DNA of 64,000 nucleotides from Octopus vulgaris (GCA_951406725.2 OX597819.1:55800001-55864000), one strand, 5' to 3'; shown: positions 1 through 12,999, numbered from the stretch's first letter. Notes: a model not told the origin generated them from the sequence alone. A program made the numbers and translations.

Positions 1-514
1 GTTCTGGAGAGCCAGCGGCTGCACCAGGCTCCAATCTGATCTGGCAATATTTCTACAACTGGATGCCCTTCCTAACGCAAGCCACTCTGAGAGTGTAGTG
101 GGTGCTTTACCTTATAAAAGCTATATCAGATAAGTAAATGGCCTTCTCTAAATGCATTAAATCACTATAACATATTCAGAACACTATTTCAGAAAATTAT
201 CCCCTTTCTCTTTGAGCATATAAAAGACAAATTTTTTCGGGGCAAAATGAATAAGCCGAGACAAGGTAATTTTGTTTCTTCAATTCTCCAGAATTACACT
301 TGAAAACAAACTCAAACACATCAATATCAATTCTCAGACATCAGAAAGGTTAGAAATGCAATACTTGCAATGTAATGATTTCAAACGGGTAGAATGAAAA
401 TAACAAAAAAAAAAATCAAAGATTACTCATTTTACCCCGATTACTAATTTTGCCCCACCCACTATTAAAAAGACCGTAAAAATTGTGTGCTCTTCGGAGA
501 AAAGAAATATAGTT

Positions 515-670
515 GAAGAGTGGTCCCGGTGCGCGCACTCGCGCTAGCTAGTCGTGACTAGTCGATCCTTAATTTGTGTTTTATTTACTTTGCTAGGTAG
601 TCGTTGTAGGATCGACTAGTCATGACTAGCTAGCGCGGATGCGCGAGTACGCGCACCGGGACCACTCTTC
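515..670. mobile_element. CpG-rich foldback MITE (about 156 bp)
   Basis: Arms GAAGAGTGGTCCCGGTGCGCG...GACTAGTCGATCCT and AGGATCGACTAGTC...CGCGCACCGGGACCACTCTTC are near-perfect inverted repeats. Confidence 0.75.
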
Positions 671-1064
671 TTAGATAGTACCGTAGATTAGAACATGCGG
701 AAGTTCATAATATACACAACAATCCTCAAATACCCCTTTTAAATTTACACTCCTTTCGTACATGAAAACATAGTGAGGGTTTGAGCACAGCAAAAAAAAA
801 AGGAAGCGACATTGAAGACTTTATGTCGCTGAAATAAATCTTAGTCCATAATCCGAGGGCAGGAAAAAAAAAAAAAGACGAAGTGGTCATAGTTGCAATA
901 ATGTTGATTATAAGGTCTGCTCGATCACGGCTGACCTGGCGCTAAACACGTTTTCGTAGGGAACATGTGAAGGACAAACACGTACAAGGCATGATAATTA
1001 ATGCAAAATGTGTCTGTTAGATGATATCCAGTTTGTCAGTTTAAATAAGGTGCATAAAACTTAC

Positions 1065-1195
1065 CTGGGAATCAGTCCAGTCGATGATACGACTGATAAT
1101 TTACAAAATAACTTTGACATTGTGGACGGCAAAATTTCACAAACAACACAGAACAGCCATACCCGGAAGCAATGCAATACAATGACAGATTCGTA
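1065..1195 (-). CDS. Candidate exon of an unidentified minus-strand gene; ATG at 1120 gives MSKLFCKLSVVSSTGLIP(R/S), resembling a mitochondrial presequence
   Basis: The minus strand has a strong acceptor (tttatttcttctctgattcag, AG at 1197-1196) and a consensus donor CCCAG|GTAAGT at 1064. The frame is open across the whole exon, and the peptide after the ATG is Ser/Lys/Leu-rich with no acidic residues. Confidence 0.5.
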
Positions 1196-2876
1196 CTGAA
1201 TCAGAGAAGAAATAAATATTTCTTTTCATTACTAAAAATTTTAGATTTAGAGTTTGAGTACAATAGAACAATCAGTTATATTTGAAATATTTTAGGAAAG
1301 ATTTTATACACCTGTGTTATAGAATTTATTTGCGAAAAATAAACCAACCTAACTCAATATCGCAGTAAATTACATATTTGTTAATGTTAATATTAATGTT
1401 CCCACAATCCCACGTTCTTTTACACACTGCCAACACCGGTCATCGTAAGTCTATTGACACTCCTCCTTCGTGTTTCTCATATATTTACAGATTTGATCAG
1501 TTTTGTCGAACATATTGTTTAAATTCTTCAATATTATATTGCCCGGATCGGTGTTATTCTATCATTTATCATAATTTCGTCTGCGATATATCGATACTTG
1601 GAGTCAACTTAAGCTCGCATCTGTTATTGTTGTTGCTAATGCTTACGTGGCATTTAACTCAGGCAAACGTTTAGGTCTCACGGTTCTTCGTAAATACAAA
1701 CTGTTTAATCTGCGACGATTTACGTTTATCAAACTTCGTAAACATAAACAAAATCCGCTTTACTACGAAATCAGAGAAATAATAAAAGAGCAGTATTTCC
1801 ACTTGACTGCATTTATTATTCAATTAATTGGTTCAAATCATCAACGGAATTGCACGTTTTTCAGTTGAAACGTTCATTCATTGGGTCTACATTATTCTAC
1901 ACCAATATCTGGCTTCCTATTTAATGAGAAGATATTGTTTTTTCATCAAATTAACGAAAATAATTATTAATAGTTTTATCGTTTGTAAAAACGTCTGATT
2001 CGTTAAATTATTATTCGATTTTTCGTTATTATTTTTTTACTTTTCGACAAATTTCCCCCCGATTTACCTAAATAATCGTTATTTCTTGCCAGTTGTAAAT
2101 CGATATTTATTCCATGTGAAAATATCAATCGCAGTGTTTAGCTATAGGTACCGAATCGCGAATAATTTTCAAGAACTGCAAACAAAAATGCTGACGGTGT
2201 AGGCCCTTTGAGACAGCTTTTTAAGTAGAGAACATATTTTCACTGAAAAATGTTTATCAATTTGTTAATTTAGGGACAAAAACACGCTTCGATCATTCGA
2301 TTACATAAAACAATTGGCAGTACCTTCTAAGTTTTGATGGTAAAACTTTAGATTTACTCAACATTTGGGAATATAGTTACAAAAAATATTATCCAATTAT
2401 TTCGGTGTGTAAAATATTGCAACATATTTTTCTAGGTTCTGTGGCAGATTTTTGGGCATTTGGTCCTGAAATTATTATTTCCTATTCCATATCTTTTTAA
2501 CACAATATTGCACATTTATTTTTGTTGTTATTTCTCAAATCATAAAACAAGAAAGGAATCCAATAATGGCAAATCAACAGGTAACTCGTGGTTTGGAGAT
2601 ATTCCACAATCTGAAAATTAAGGCCTTCTAACACGGGACAAAATTATCGGTAAAAATTTACCAAATTATCTTCACTTGCAGATGTAAGGGAGAAAACAAG
2701 TTTGACTTGACAAAATAATCATTATAAGTTTATAACTGTTTTTTTTTTTTTTAAATTTGTTAACAAACATTCAGAACTACCAGATAGCAGTGTTCTGTTA
2801 CGTCTAGCACAATTGCTCAATCCATCTGGCTCTATGTAGGTTAACCAATCAACTATTGTTGTTCTTTGGCCTAAAT

Positions 2877-3030
2877 CAGGGGTCTCCAAAGTGGTTGATA
2901 TTGACCCCCTGGAGTCGATGGGACTATTCAACGGGTCAATAAATGCACTTCCATTTAATTATTATTATAATTTATTTATTTTCTTGTACATGCCTGGGGG
3001 TCGATGGTCTAAAAAGTTTGGAGGTCCCTG
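2877..3030. mobile_element. hAT-type MITE
   Basis: Termini CAGGGGTCTCCAAA and TTTGGAGGTCCCTG, with 8-bp TSD GCCTAAAT / GCCTAAGT. Confidence 0.85.
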
Positions 3031-6000
3031 GCCTAAGTTATGCATGAACAAGCAGGCTTATGATCATAATTATTTCAGGTGTGATCAACCTGTCTTTTTA
3101 TGCTATTGGATTATCTGCCATTGCCGTATGTGTTCCTCCATTTTTAAAGCAGTAGAGTGTTATTTGATGGTGATTTGGGTAATTTTGCTTTTCGTCAACA
3201 AGGATGTTGAGTAATTTCATAATTGGCTTACAGTGCTGTGTTCAGCACACCTTTAAGCACAAATAGTATTGAGCCCCACCATTCTTTATTACCCTGGTAT
3301 ACTATGGTGGTGTGTGAGGGCACATAGCCTTGTGGTTAGGGTGCTGCATTTACGATTGCGAGATCATGGTTTCAATTCCTAGACCAGGTGGTGCGTTGTG
3401 TTCTTGAGCAAAACACTTCATCTTCATCTCGCTCTGTGATCACTTCAACATCCGACACATGGTACACTGTGAATCTGATCAGGCAAAGTCGATTTGAAGA
3501 AGGGAGTGAGCTTATGTACAGCACATACATTTGATCATTATAAACAGGTCATTTGCCTGAATACTCATACGTCGTTTTTGACAGGAGAGACCGTCATTGT
3601 TTCCATCACTCATACATGAGAATAGGATTCAGTTTATTTTTTTAAACATCTTAATTGTACTGATTTGAGAAAGTTGAACTAGGTGTTAAATCAGGAATCC
3701 TAATGTTTTTGAGTAAATAGTGTTCTTTTTTTCTAACTGGTTTGTAAAAACCCTTCGAAGTGGTGCTTCGGCGTGATTGCAGTTATTCACTGCAGCCATA
3801 TTGGGGTTCCTTTTTCAAGGGTCTTTAATTAATTACTTTGACTTGCAGTTAATTTATTTCATCAATATCTATGTTTCAAATTACTCTTTTTACAAATGTT
3901 AGTTGGTAGAGCTGTATATGGACAGATTTAATGCCATGTCTCCTGTTACACAGGTGTCCTGATGGTAGAGGGATTAAGTATGGTTAGATGAAAATCTATT
4001 TCTTAATAAGTGGGCAGATATTCAGAACATAAGAAAGGTGATTGAGAGGTGCTTAACCTTCTAGCATTCAGATTAATATGTCAAGCGTAATGCTTATTTA
4101 TTCACATGGTTTTGAGATTTCAGTGATGTGATTGTTTATTTTTAGTATGACATTGTTGGTTAGGTGTGTGGGGTTTGATCTGGTCAGTTTGAACAGAAAA
4201 CAGGTAGAATATTTGGGTCTAATATGGCTGGTTAACCCAACATAGTAATGATCCCATCAGGTTGTTTATGTATAAGCAACAAAGCAAGAACACAGGAAAA
4301 GAGTATGTGAGGAAAGAGAGTGCATATTCTATCATTTATTTTGTATTCGCAATTCCTTCTGTCTCTATAAGATTTAGTAGTTTTGATAATGGAAAGAAAA
4401 TTTAATGACATCCAAATTAGTAATGCATTCTTTCTGTTTATTTTATTCTGTTGAAGGAACCAGACAACTACTTTAATAATCAAAATCTTTCACTAAATAA
4501 GAACTACATACTGTCTGGTTTTCTCTTGATGTATACTCCTTATATAAGCTTCTGCACAGTTTCCATCTTATTTATTCCTCTCAAAGTGTTATGCAATCTA
4601 TGCAGTGGGATTGAATCTGGACTATGTGATTGCAAAGCAAGTGTCTTAAACACACAACAAGCCAAGTGAGATTGTAGTCATGGCTGATGCAAGTGTTGCG
4701 TAACTGGCATGTAAAAATCACCCCTTAAATGTTGAGAACACCTGCTAAGCCAAGTGAAATCATAGCCATGGTCAATGCCAGTGTGGGTGGTATGTAAAAA
4801 ACACCGTTCAAGCGCATGGCCAATGCCAGTATCATGTCAGTGACACCTGTGCCGGTGGCATGATAAAGCACCCACTACACTCTTGGAGTGGTTGGCATTA
4901 GGAAGGGCATCCAGCCATAGAAACCATGCCAAACCAGAATGGAACCTAGTGTAACTCCCCAGCTCACCAGTTTTCAGTCAAACCATCCAACCCATGCCAG
5001 CATGGAAAGCGAATGTTAAATAATGACAATAGGGTTGGAACTCATACACAAATGCAGTAAGTGTTGTTCTTAGTCAGAAGGAAATGTCAGCAATGAGTTT
5101 GAACACTTGATCTTGAATTGATTATCCAAAAGCTTATTCATTCAGACCGTGATATTATTTTATAGAGGACTAAAAAGATTTTGAGGTTACTGTGTTTGGT
5201 TTAAGATCCCCATCTAATCCTTGAGTGCCTTTAGAGGAGTTCACTTTGTTGTTAGCATTTAGACCAAACCTTGGACCAACTCATGCTAATATGCAAGCTA
5301 AGTTAGGTCAGTCTGATCAGTATGGGAGAATCAGCTAAAGTCATGGGTTCTGCTTCTCCTCTTCCCACCACCTAAATTAAGGGGAGATAAATTTTAAATG
5401 GTTAAAATTGGGATATTGGAACTGTGTAGGATTTTTTTCATTGGGATTTTACCTGTGTTGCATTCATTACATAAGGATATAATAAAGAAAGAGATAATTA
5501 CTGAGTATACTTTAGCAACTTTTAAGGAATTTCCATTTTCTCTGAAATATTAATTACTAAGATTACGGAGATGTACTTGCATAGCAAGTGACCTGATCTG
5601 AGATCTTGTGCTGGAACAAAAACAATTGCAGCATGAAAGGTGTTTATAAGCCATTTAAGAAACACACAAAATCCATTAGATTCACTTCAACATTTAAATT
5701 TAATTTGTCAAAATATTTTCGTCACTTTGAGACTGCGACCTGTTCATTGACAAAATTCTGTACTGCAATGAATTACTAATTTATTGGGTACAGGTATAAA
5801 TGCTCAAAGTAATTCCATGTTTATTACTAGCAACTTTTTTTTTTATTCATTTCAAACCATGGAAAATGGATGCATAATTATAATGATGGTAATGATGATG
5901 ATTTTGGCAAAATAGAAAGTGGAGTTCATCTTGGTAGGATTTTAATTCAGAACTGAAAGAGATGTAACTAAATACCACAAAACATTTTCCTTTGTGCTCT

Positions 6001-7092
6001 ACTAATTTGCCATCCAAATCCTTCTGAAATATTATAATCAGAAAATAGTCCAATATGTATTTTTTTATCCCCATGTTCTTTAACTGTTGGCCATCTAATA
6101 TATCTCCTTAATTATTTAGGCCTTATTTTGAAAACTATATTGTACAATGTGAATGTTGTAGACTGCAATAAATCTTACCTTATTTTTTCCCTTTCATTAC
6201 TCTCAATAAACATTTATGTTCCTTTCATAAGATTCTTAGTCACAACTTTTTGACTCTTAGAGTTGCAGATTCTTGTATTCAGAAGATTGTTTTATTAGAT
6301 ACTCCAAGATATTAGTTATTTTTCTCAACAGTAGTCGTGCCAGTCAAACGGCACTGGCATCGGCCACAGCTACAATTTCACTTGCCTCGACAGGTCTTCT
6401 CAAGCACGGCATATCACCCAACGTTTGAGGGGTGATTTTTACGTGCCTGTTATGCAACACTGGCATCAGCCATGACTACAATCTCACTTGGCTTGTCAGG
6501 TCTTCTCAAGTACAGGTTTGCCCCATCTATAAGTCTACCCTAGTTTTTTTCAGCTAAATAATTTTCAAAAAAAATTTTGTTAAAAAATGCATTTGATATA
6601 AGACACATTTTCTGTTACTAAGAATTATTTACAATTGAAGCTGCAGTTGACATGAAATGATTTTGTAAATTAATCCCTCTCGATTACTAGAAATATAAGG
6701 GATGCTACATTACACATGCATTTATGTAGAGAGATGCATTCCATACTGCATCAAAAGAAAAAAAAAGCTATCAGCCTGATAGGTAAGCCTACATTCTCCA
6801 AACCCTGCTCACCTTTCTGTAGGTTTGGTGTGGAATGACCATAGACTTTTCAGACCCTCTAAGACAGGTGAGGTGACATGGTTGTTTCTCCTACAGCTAT
6901 TGTAATAATCTCTGCTTCTCTGAACTTGTTGATGTTTAAGCTATGCATATAAATACATTAGACACATCCCATTCTTCTTTTCTCAGCTTTTGTGCACATT
7001 ACAGATCCACTACTAAAATTTCTGTTGAATTCTTTCTCAGATATGATGCTTTTTGGGACTGTCATTGAATTTGTTATTTGTTTCTCATTAAT

Positions 7093-7470
7093 AGGCAGAA
7101 GTGGCTGTGTGGTAAGTAGCTTGCTTACCAACCACATGGTTCCGGGTTCAGTCCCACAGCATGGCACCTTGGGCAAGTGTCTTCTACTATAGCCTTGACC
7201 AAAGCCTTGTGAGTGGATTTGGTAGACAGAAACTGAAAGAAACCCGTTGTATATATATGTATGTTCGTGTGTCTGTGTTTGTCCCCCCAACATCTCTTGA
7301 CAACCGATGCTGGTGTGTTTACATCCCTGTAACTTAGCGGTTCAGCAAAAGAGACCGATAGAATAAGTACTAGGCTTACAAAGAATAAGTCCTAGGGTCA
7401 ATTTGCTTGACTAAAGGTGGTTCTCCAGCATGGCTGCAGTCAAATGAGTGAAACAAGTAAAAGAGTAATA
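7093..7470 (+). mobile_element. tRNA-derived SINE family A (representative copy)
   Basis: Head GGC..AG.AGTGGCTGTGTGGTAAG...GGTTCAGTCCC (A/B boxes), an internal microsatellite, and tail GAAACAAGTAAAAGAG. Other copies: + 14630-14960, 18140-18535, 41045-41525, 45194-46305 (split); - 10693-11075, 28075-28508, 29280-29675, 52495-52890; plus partial copies. Confidence 0.9.
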
Positions 7471-8047
7471 CCCTGCAACAATTACATTAGGTGTGGCTCT
7501 GTGGTAAGAAGTTTGTTTCCAGCCACATGGTTCTGAGTTCAGTCCCACTGTAGCCTTGGGTTGACCAAAGCCTTGTAAATGGATTTGGTAGATAAGAACC
7601 ATTTTCTTGTTACATGATATAATGTTTGACATTTCTCCAAATTTGAATTTATTTGAATTATATTTTTTAATCCCTCCCTCCATCTCCTATTTATTATTCC
7701 TGAAAGGGTTGTTGGGGTAGAGTTCTCAAGCACCTCCATAGGGTCTTAGAAGCACCTGTCACATTGTTCGCTTTCCAGACATTTCTACATTACTGCATGT
7801 ACTTTATATGCACTTTCTGACAAGTTGTGGTGCACCTGAGCACTGTATACAATAATTTCATTATTTTATTTATTATTACACTTTCTGGCTGAATTCATAA
7901 ATATGACCAGTTTAGACTATGGATATTATTCCACCATCTCTTCTCCTGCTGAAGAATCTGTTTTGCAATTCTTTTCTTTGACATTTTTAAATATAACAAA
8001 CTTATGTTTCAACATTATTTCACCTCAGTTATTTGTGTAATTTTCAG

Positions 8048-8229
8048 ATGATGAATTCTCTGTCCTTACTGAGTGTTTCCTTAAGTTTCTTGTGTCTGTT
8101 TGCCCTGACGTTGGGAGCAGAAGATGAGAAAATTGCCAGATTGTTAGCATCTAAGAATGTTATGAATCAATATTTGGTTGAAGGAAAAGATGTAACTGTA
8201 GAATACAGGATCTTCAATGTTGGGGAAGC
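8048..8229 (+). CDS. SSR2: Translocon-associated protein subunit beta (TRAP-beta), first coding exon (signal peptide and N-terminus)
   Basis: The acceptor ttttcag is followed directly by ATG at 8048. Translation is MMNSLSLLSVSLSFLCLFALTLGAEDEKIARLLASKNVMNQYLVEGKDVTVEYRIFNVGE(A): a hydrophobic signal peptide, then the ARLLASK...EG.D....Y.I.NVG motif of TRAP-beta. The donor is GC|GTAAGT at 8230 (phase 2). Confidence 0.96.
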
Positions 8230-8354
8230 GTAAGTATTATGAACATATTAGTTCTTTTATTCTGTTATTGCTTAATTTTTATGTGTACTTGTTTTTGTTT
8301 ATATTCTTCTGTTATTTAAACGATGTTAGAACTCGGTATACTTACGCTTTTTGA

Positions 8355-8437
8355 TGGCTCTGAGGAAGTAGTAGGATGTTGCACAAGCACTCAGCTCTCA
8401 GTGCACTGCTTCTTATGGTTGAAACAGTTGTAAGCTA
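8355..8437 (+). ncRNA. Type I hammerhead ribozyme motif with long stem II, sense within an SSR2 intron
   Basis: TGGCT-CTGAGGA-[54 nt with wobble-paired ends]-GAAA-CAGTTG-TA-AGCTA. Confidence 0.6.
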
Positions 8438-8572
8438 ATGAAGATGACTAATTAACTCCTGTGTGGTAAGAGACAGTCAAATGACTGAAACCAGTAAAAG
8501 AGTAAAGAGCATGTACCTATCATGGATAACGTCGTTCAATGATGCTTGAGGGTGATTCTGTCTCTTAAACCT

Positions 8573-8623
<51 letters not shown>

Positions 8624-9559
8624 CATCCATACACACACACACACACATAGAGGAGGCATGTGGTTTAGTGGTTAGGGTGTTGGACTCATGCTCGTAAGAT
8701 TGTGGTTTCGATTTTTGGATTGGGTTTCGCGTTGTATTCTTCATTTCACATGACTCCAGTCCACTCAGCTGGCAAAAATGAGTAATCCTGCAACGGTTCG
8801 GCATCCCTGCCTGGTGGGGAATTTATATGCCACGGAAACTGAAAGGAAACCAGCCCTTTATGAGTCAGTATGACTCGAAAAGGTAACTTTACTTTTTTTT
8901 AGATACACACACACACATCTAACATTATAGGTACATAAAATATTGATTTCTTATTGTCATTGGTCTCCATATTTACAGACAAGATGAAATGTCATTGTGT
9001 GACATTGATATCTTTCTTAAAAATATTCTTTTCTACTCTAGGCACAAGGCCTGAAATTTTTGGGGAGGGGGCCAGTTGATTAGATCAACCCCAGTATACA
9101 ACTGGTACTTAATTTATCGATGCCGAAAGGATGAAAGGCAAAGTTGACTTTGGCGGAACTTGAACTCAGAACGTAAAGACAGACGAAATACTGCTATGCA
9201 TTTCGCCTGGCATGCTTACGTTTCTGCCAGCTCACTGTCTTGTTTTTCTTAAAAAATATTAGCAATCTAAATGTAGCAGCTACAATTATAAACTGAAAGC
9301 AAGTTGCTTATTTGGCTTTCTGAAACTGTTTTATCCTTGACTGAGCTAGTATATAAAATGAAAAGCATTTCAACTACTGGGGCCATTTTTCTACAACTGC
9401 AGTGTGTCCTTCCTTTCTTAACCCTTTAGAATGTAAACCAGCTAGATCTGACCTCTCACATCTACCCTACAGTGTCATTTTAAATGTCTACAATCATATC
9501 ATCAAAATTTCAAAGCTATGAGATGATGTATGATTAATTCAAGACACTGTGGATAATCA

Positions 9560-9900
9560 AATGGAAATTGTAGTTGTGATACCCGTGCCGGTGGCATGTA
9601 AAAAGCACCATCCAAACATGGCTGATGCCAGCGCTGCCTTCACTGGCTTCTGTGCTGTTGGCACGTAAAAAGCACCAACCAAACATGGCCATTGCCAGCC
9701 TCCCTTGGCACCCGTGCCGGTGGCACGTAAAAAGCACCCACTACACTCACGGAGTGGTTGGTGTTAATAAGGGCATCCAGCTGTAGAAACACTGCCAGAC
9801 CAGACTGGAGCCTGGTGCAGCCTCCTAGCTTTCCAGACCCCGGTTGAACCGTCCAACCCATGCTAGCATGGAAAACGGACGTTAAATGATGATGATGGTG
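9560..9900 (+). mobile_element. Family C retroposon 3' end with (GAT)n tail (RTE-like 3' UTR or SINE)
   Basis: GGCACGTAAAAAGCACCCACTACACTC...GGAAGGGCATCCAGCTGTAGAAAC...GACGTTAAATGATGATGATG. Other copies: 1-110 (-), 4660-5030, 6330-6510 (-), 16750-16990 (-), 20900-21095. Confidence 0.8.
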
Positions 9901-12567
9901 ACTGTGAATAAATAAGCATTACATTTAGCAGAATAATGTGAATACTTAAGGGTGGAAGACAACAGGGTATGATTTGAGGATTTGGCTACTATTTCTAGGA
10001 CTGTGAGTGACCACATGGAGGGTCTTTTGTCCTTTTGTCCACTCATTTAATATCTTTTGTTCATGCTGTTCTGGTTAAATAAATAAACACTACTGCATAT
10101 TCCCATTCATATTACATTAAGTTTTGGCTGAGGTCTTTGTCTTTAAAATCCCTGTCTGCTATTAATTATTGTTTTGAAGAAAACTTAATGTGTTTATCTT
10201 AACACCAGTTGTGACCTTTATCGTAGATGATGTTTACACCAAGTTTATTTGGTGTAAACATCTTGTATAAAGGTCAGCACTGCAGAAAACCACATGTGTT
10301 TATACATGACACCAATGACACTGACCTTTATAAATGATGTTTACACCAAATTGATTTGGCTTTTGTGATTTTTTTTTCTTTTACTTATGTAAGATTTAGT
10401 TAAGCTTTCCGGAAATTGCTTTTCATTTCAATGTGATATTTTAATGAATATTATTAGCAAATTTATAAATTGCTGCCCAATGTGATGGCTAAAATACCTT
10501 GCAGTATTTAGTTGAGTATGCTCCTGTTTTGAGTTCGAATCACACCAAAGTCAGCCTTCCCCTTTATCAACTGTAGTACCAGTTGAGTACAGGTACATCT
10601 GCCCTGTAAATTTGAGATCTTTTAGTTGCTTTTAGAATCCAATGAGACATAACAAGGATGTTGCAGATTTAATATTTAGTGAATGAGGATATACTCTTTC
10701 ACACTTCTAATGTTTCAGTCATTTGACTGCGGCCATGCTGGAGCACTGCCTTTAGTGGAGCAAATCGACCCCCAGGACTTATTCTATGTAAGCCTAGTAC
10801 TTATTCTATCGGCCTCTTTTGCTGAACTGCTAAGTTATGGGGAAGCAAACACACCAGCATCGGTTGTCAAGTGATATTGGGGACACACATGCACACACAC
10901 ACACACACGCATGCGTGACAGTCTTCTTTCAGTTTCTGTCTACCAAATCCACTCACAAGGCTTTGGTCAGCCCGAGGCTATAGTAGAAGACACTTGCCCA
11001 AGGTGCCACGCAGTGGGACTGAACCTGGAGCCATGTGGTTGGTAAGCAAGTTACTTATCACATAGTCACTCCTGTATATTACAAAGGCAGAACACTAAGC
11101 AATGACAAGTGAAATTGCAATGTTATTATCAGTTCAAATATGCTTGATGCACGTTTGAACTTCTTAACAAGCTATTTACTATGTTTTGTCACAGAGAATG
11201 TATCTCACTTGCTGACAAATGGTGTGTATACACCTAGATCAGCTCACAGCGCCATCTACTTAGACTGTGAGATGCTAGCATTTCGAAGTAGTTATCTCCT
11301 CTTCGGTCACAGATACTAGGCAGACGACACTACGAGCTATGGTTCAAAATTAAGCAAAAGACAGAGACAGGTGAGGGATCAACAAACTATGTGTATTAGT
11401 TTGACACTCAAGAAAAATGGAAGAGTCTTTCATGTTTCAATCCTCTGCTGTTTGACAGAAAGGAATGAGGAGAGAAGGTAGATGAGAGGAAGAAAAAAAA
11501 CGGAGAGAAAAAAAGCATGTCTGGATTAACAGTTGTACATGTTGAATATCTGGATGGTTTCTATGACAACAATTCTCATGTGATCAACTCAGTAGAAACT
11601 GTGTAATTGATTTACTTAGGTTATTATGAACCTGAGTGATTGAGTAATTACACACACATACATACATACATACACACATACACAGACACATATAGATATA
11701 TACTAGCAGAGGGTCCTGGCATTGTCTGGGAATGAAATTTTTCCTTACATATTGGAAGAAAAAGGCAAAATATGTTGTATAGAAATTTGTTATTCTAAAT
11801 TCAATTTATTCTTCAATTGGGATACAATTTATTCTTTAATTGAGAAATCAATTCTGAATTCATAATATAATATAATAATAATAATAATAATAATAAAGGA
11901 AAGTACAAAATTCTACCACATATGTTGAAGGAAATTATGTAAGAGCTTCTAGGTAAATTACATTCCTTGTTTTCTGGTTTGTATCATAGACCAAGTCTTG
12001 CAAACTACCTACCCTGGAGCAACCAACAAAGTTGACCATGAAACAAATCGAGCCAGTAGATTCTAGAAATCAAACCTGGAGTGTGTGTGTGTGTGAGAGA
12101 GAGAGAGAGAACATTGTAAACAATGAATGAGATAGACTTGGAATGAAAATATTGTATAGATAAAAGCACATTGAAAACTATCTTGTATCGAATATTTATG
12201 TACCCTGTTATGTGGATTTGTCTTGGGAATTATGTTTAAGGTACATTTATATATGTGAAGGCACATGGCCTAGTGGCTGGGGTGTTGCACTTTTGATTGC
12301 AAGATTGCAGTTTCAATTCCTGAACTGAGTGCTGTATTAATATGAACTCTACTAAAAGTGTTGCATAACCCTTCAGTTTAATGTTAAATTGTTTTTATAT
12401 ATAACTTATTATAAATATATACACATATGTGTGTATATGTATGTATGTGTGAGTGTGTATATATAGAGGAGTGGACAGCGTGCTGTGATCAGCAGTGTCA
12501 AATGGACGCCTGACGGACTGGTCGGTCAAAGTGATCAAAGTGATATATATATATATATATATACACA

Positions 12568-12757
12568 CAGAGTGGCCCAAAAGTAGGTTTACAGTTATTC
12601 ATCTATCTCTTTTGCATTCATATATTAACAGTTTAGAAACCATTATTGCATGCTAATTTAGTTAATTTTAAGATAGAAATTTAAATGTAATAAAATGTTT
12701 TAAAGGAAATTTAAAGTGCCTACTTGATAACTGTAAACCTACTTTTGGGCCACCCTG
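12568..12757. mobile_element. Tc1/mariner-superfamily MITE (190 bp)
   Basis: TIRs CAG(A/G)GTGGCCCAAAAGTAGGTTTACAGTTAT at both ends, with TA on the right flank. Confidence 0.85.
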
Positions 12758-12900
12758 TATATACATGTGGAAGGAGAGTTAAAATATTTAATAAAATAGA
12801 TTAAAAATGTTGCATGCTTAATTGATGTCTTGTAAATTTTTTAATAAATGTCTGTTGAATCACCTAATAATGCAAATCTTTATTTTCATGCTACTTGCAG

Positions 12901-12999
12901 TACTGCTACAGATGTGAAACTGAAGGAAGAAGGATTCCCAGCAAGTGACTTCAGTCTCGTGCAAGGTTTCCTTGAAGTTCAGTGGGACAGAATTGCTCC
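12901..12999 (+). CDS. SSR2: SSR2 coding exon 2 (99 nt)
   Basis: Acceptor ttgcag at 12900. Translation TATDVKLKEEGFPASDFSLVQGFLEVQWDRIA(P) matches the TRAP-beta F...DF..V.G.L.V.WDRIAP motif. The donor is CC|GTATCTTTT, and phases fit both neighbours. Confidence 0.96.

Noticed and set aside
8033-8047. Upstream start of the track ORF (MCNFQ) and read-through ends of ORFs 8033-8233 and 12848-13036
   Set aside because: These are intronic extensions beyond the splice sites; the real CDS begins at ATG 8048.
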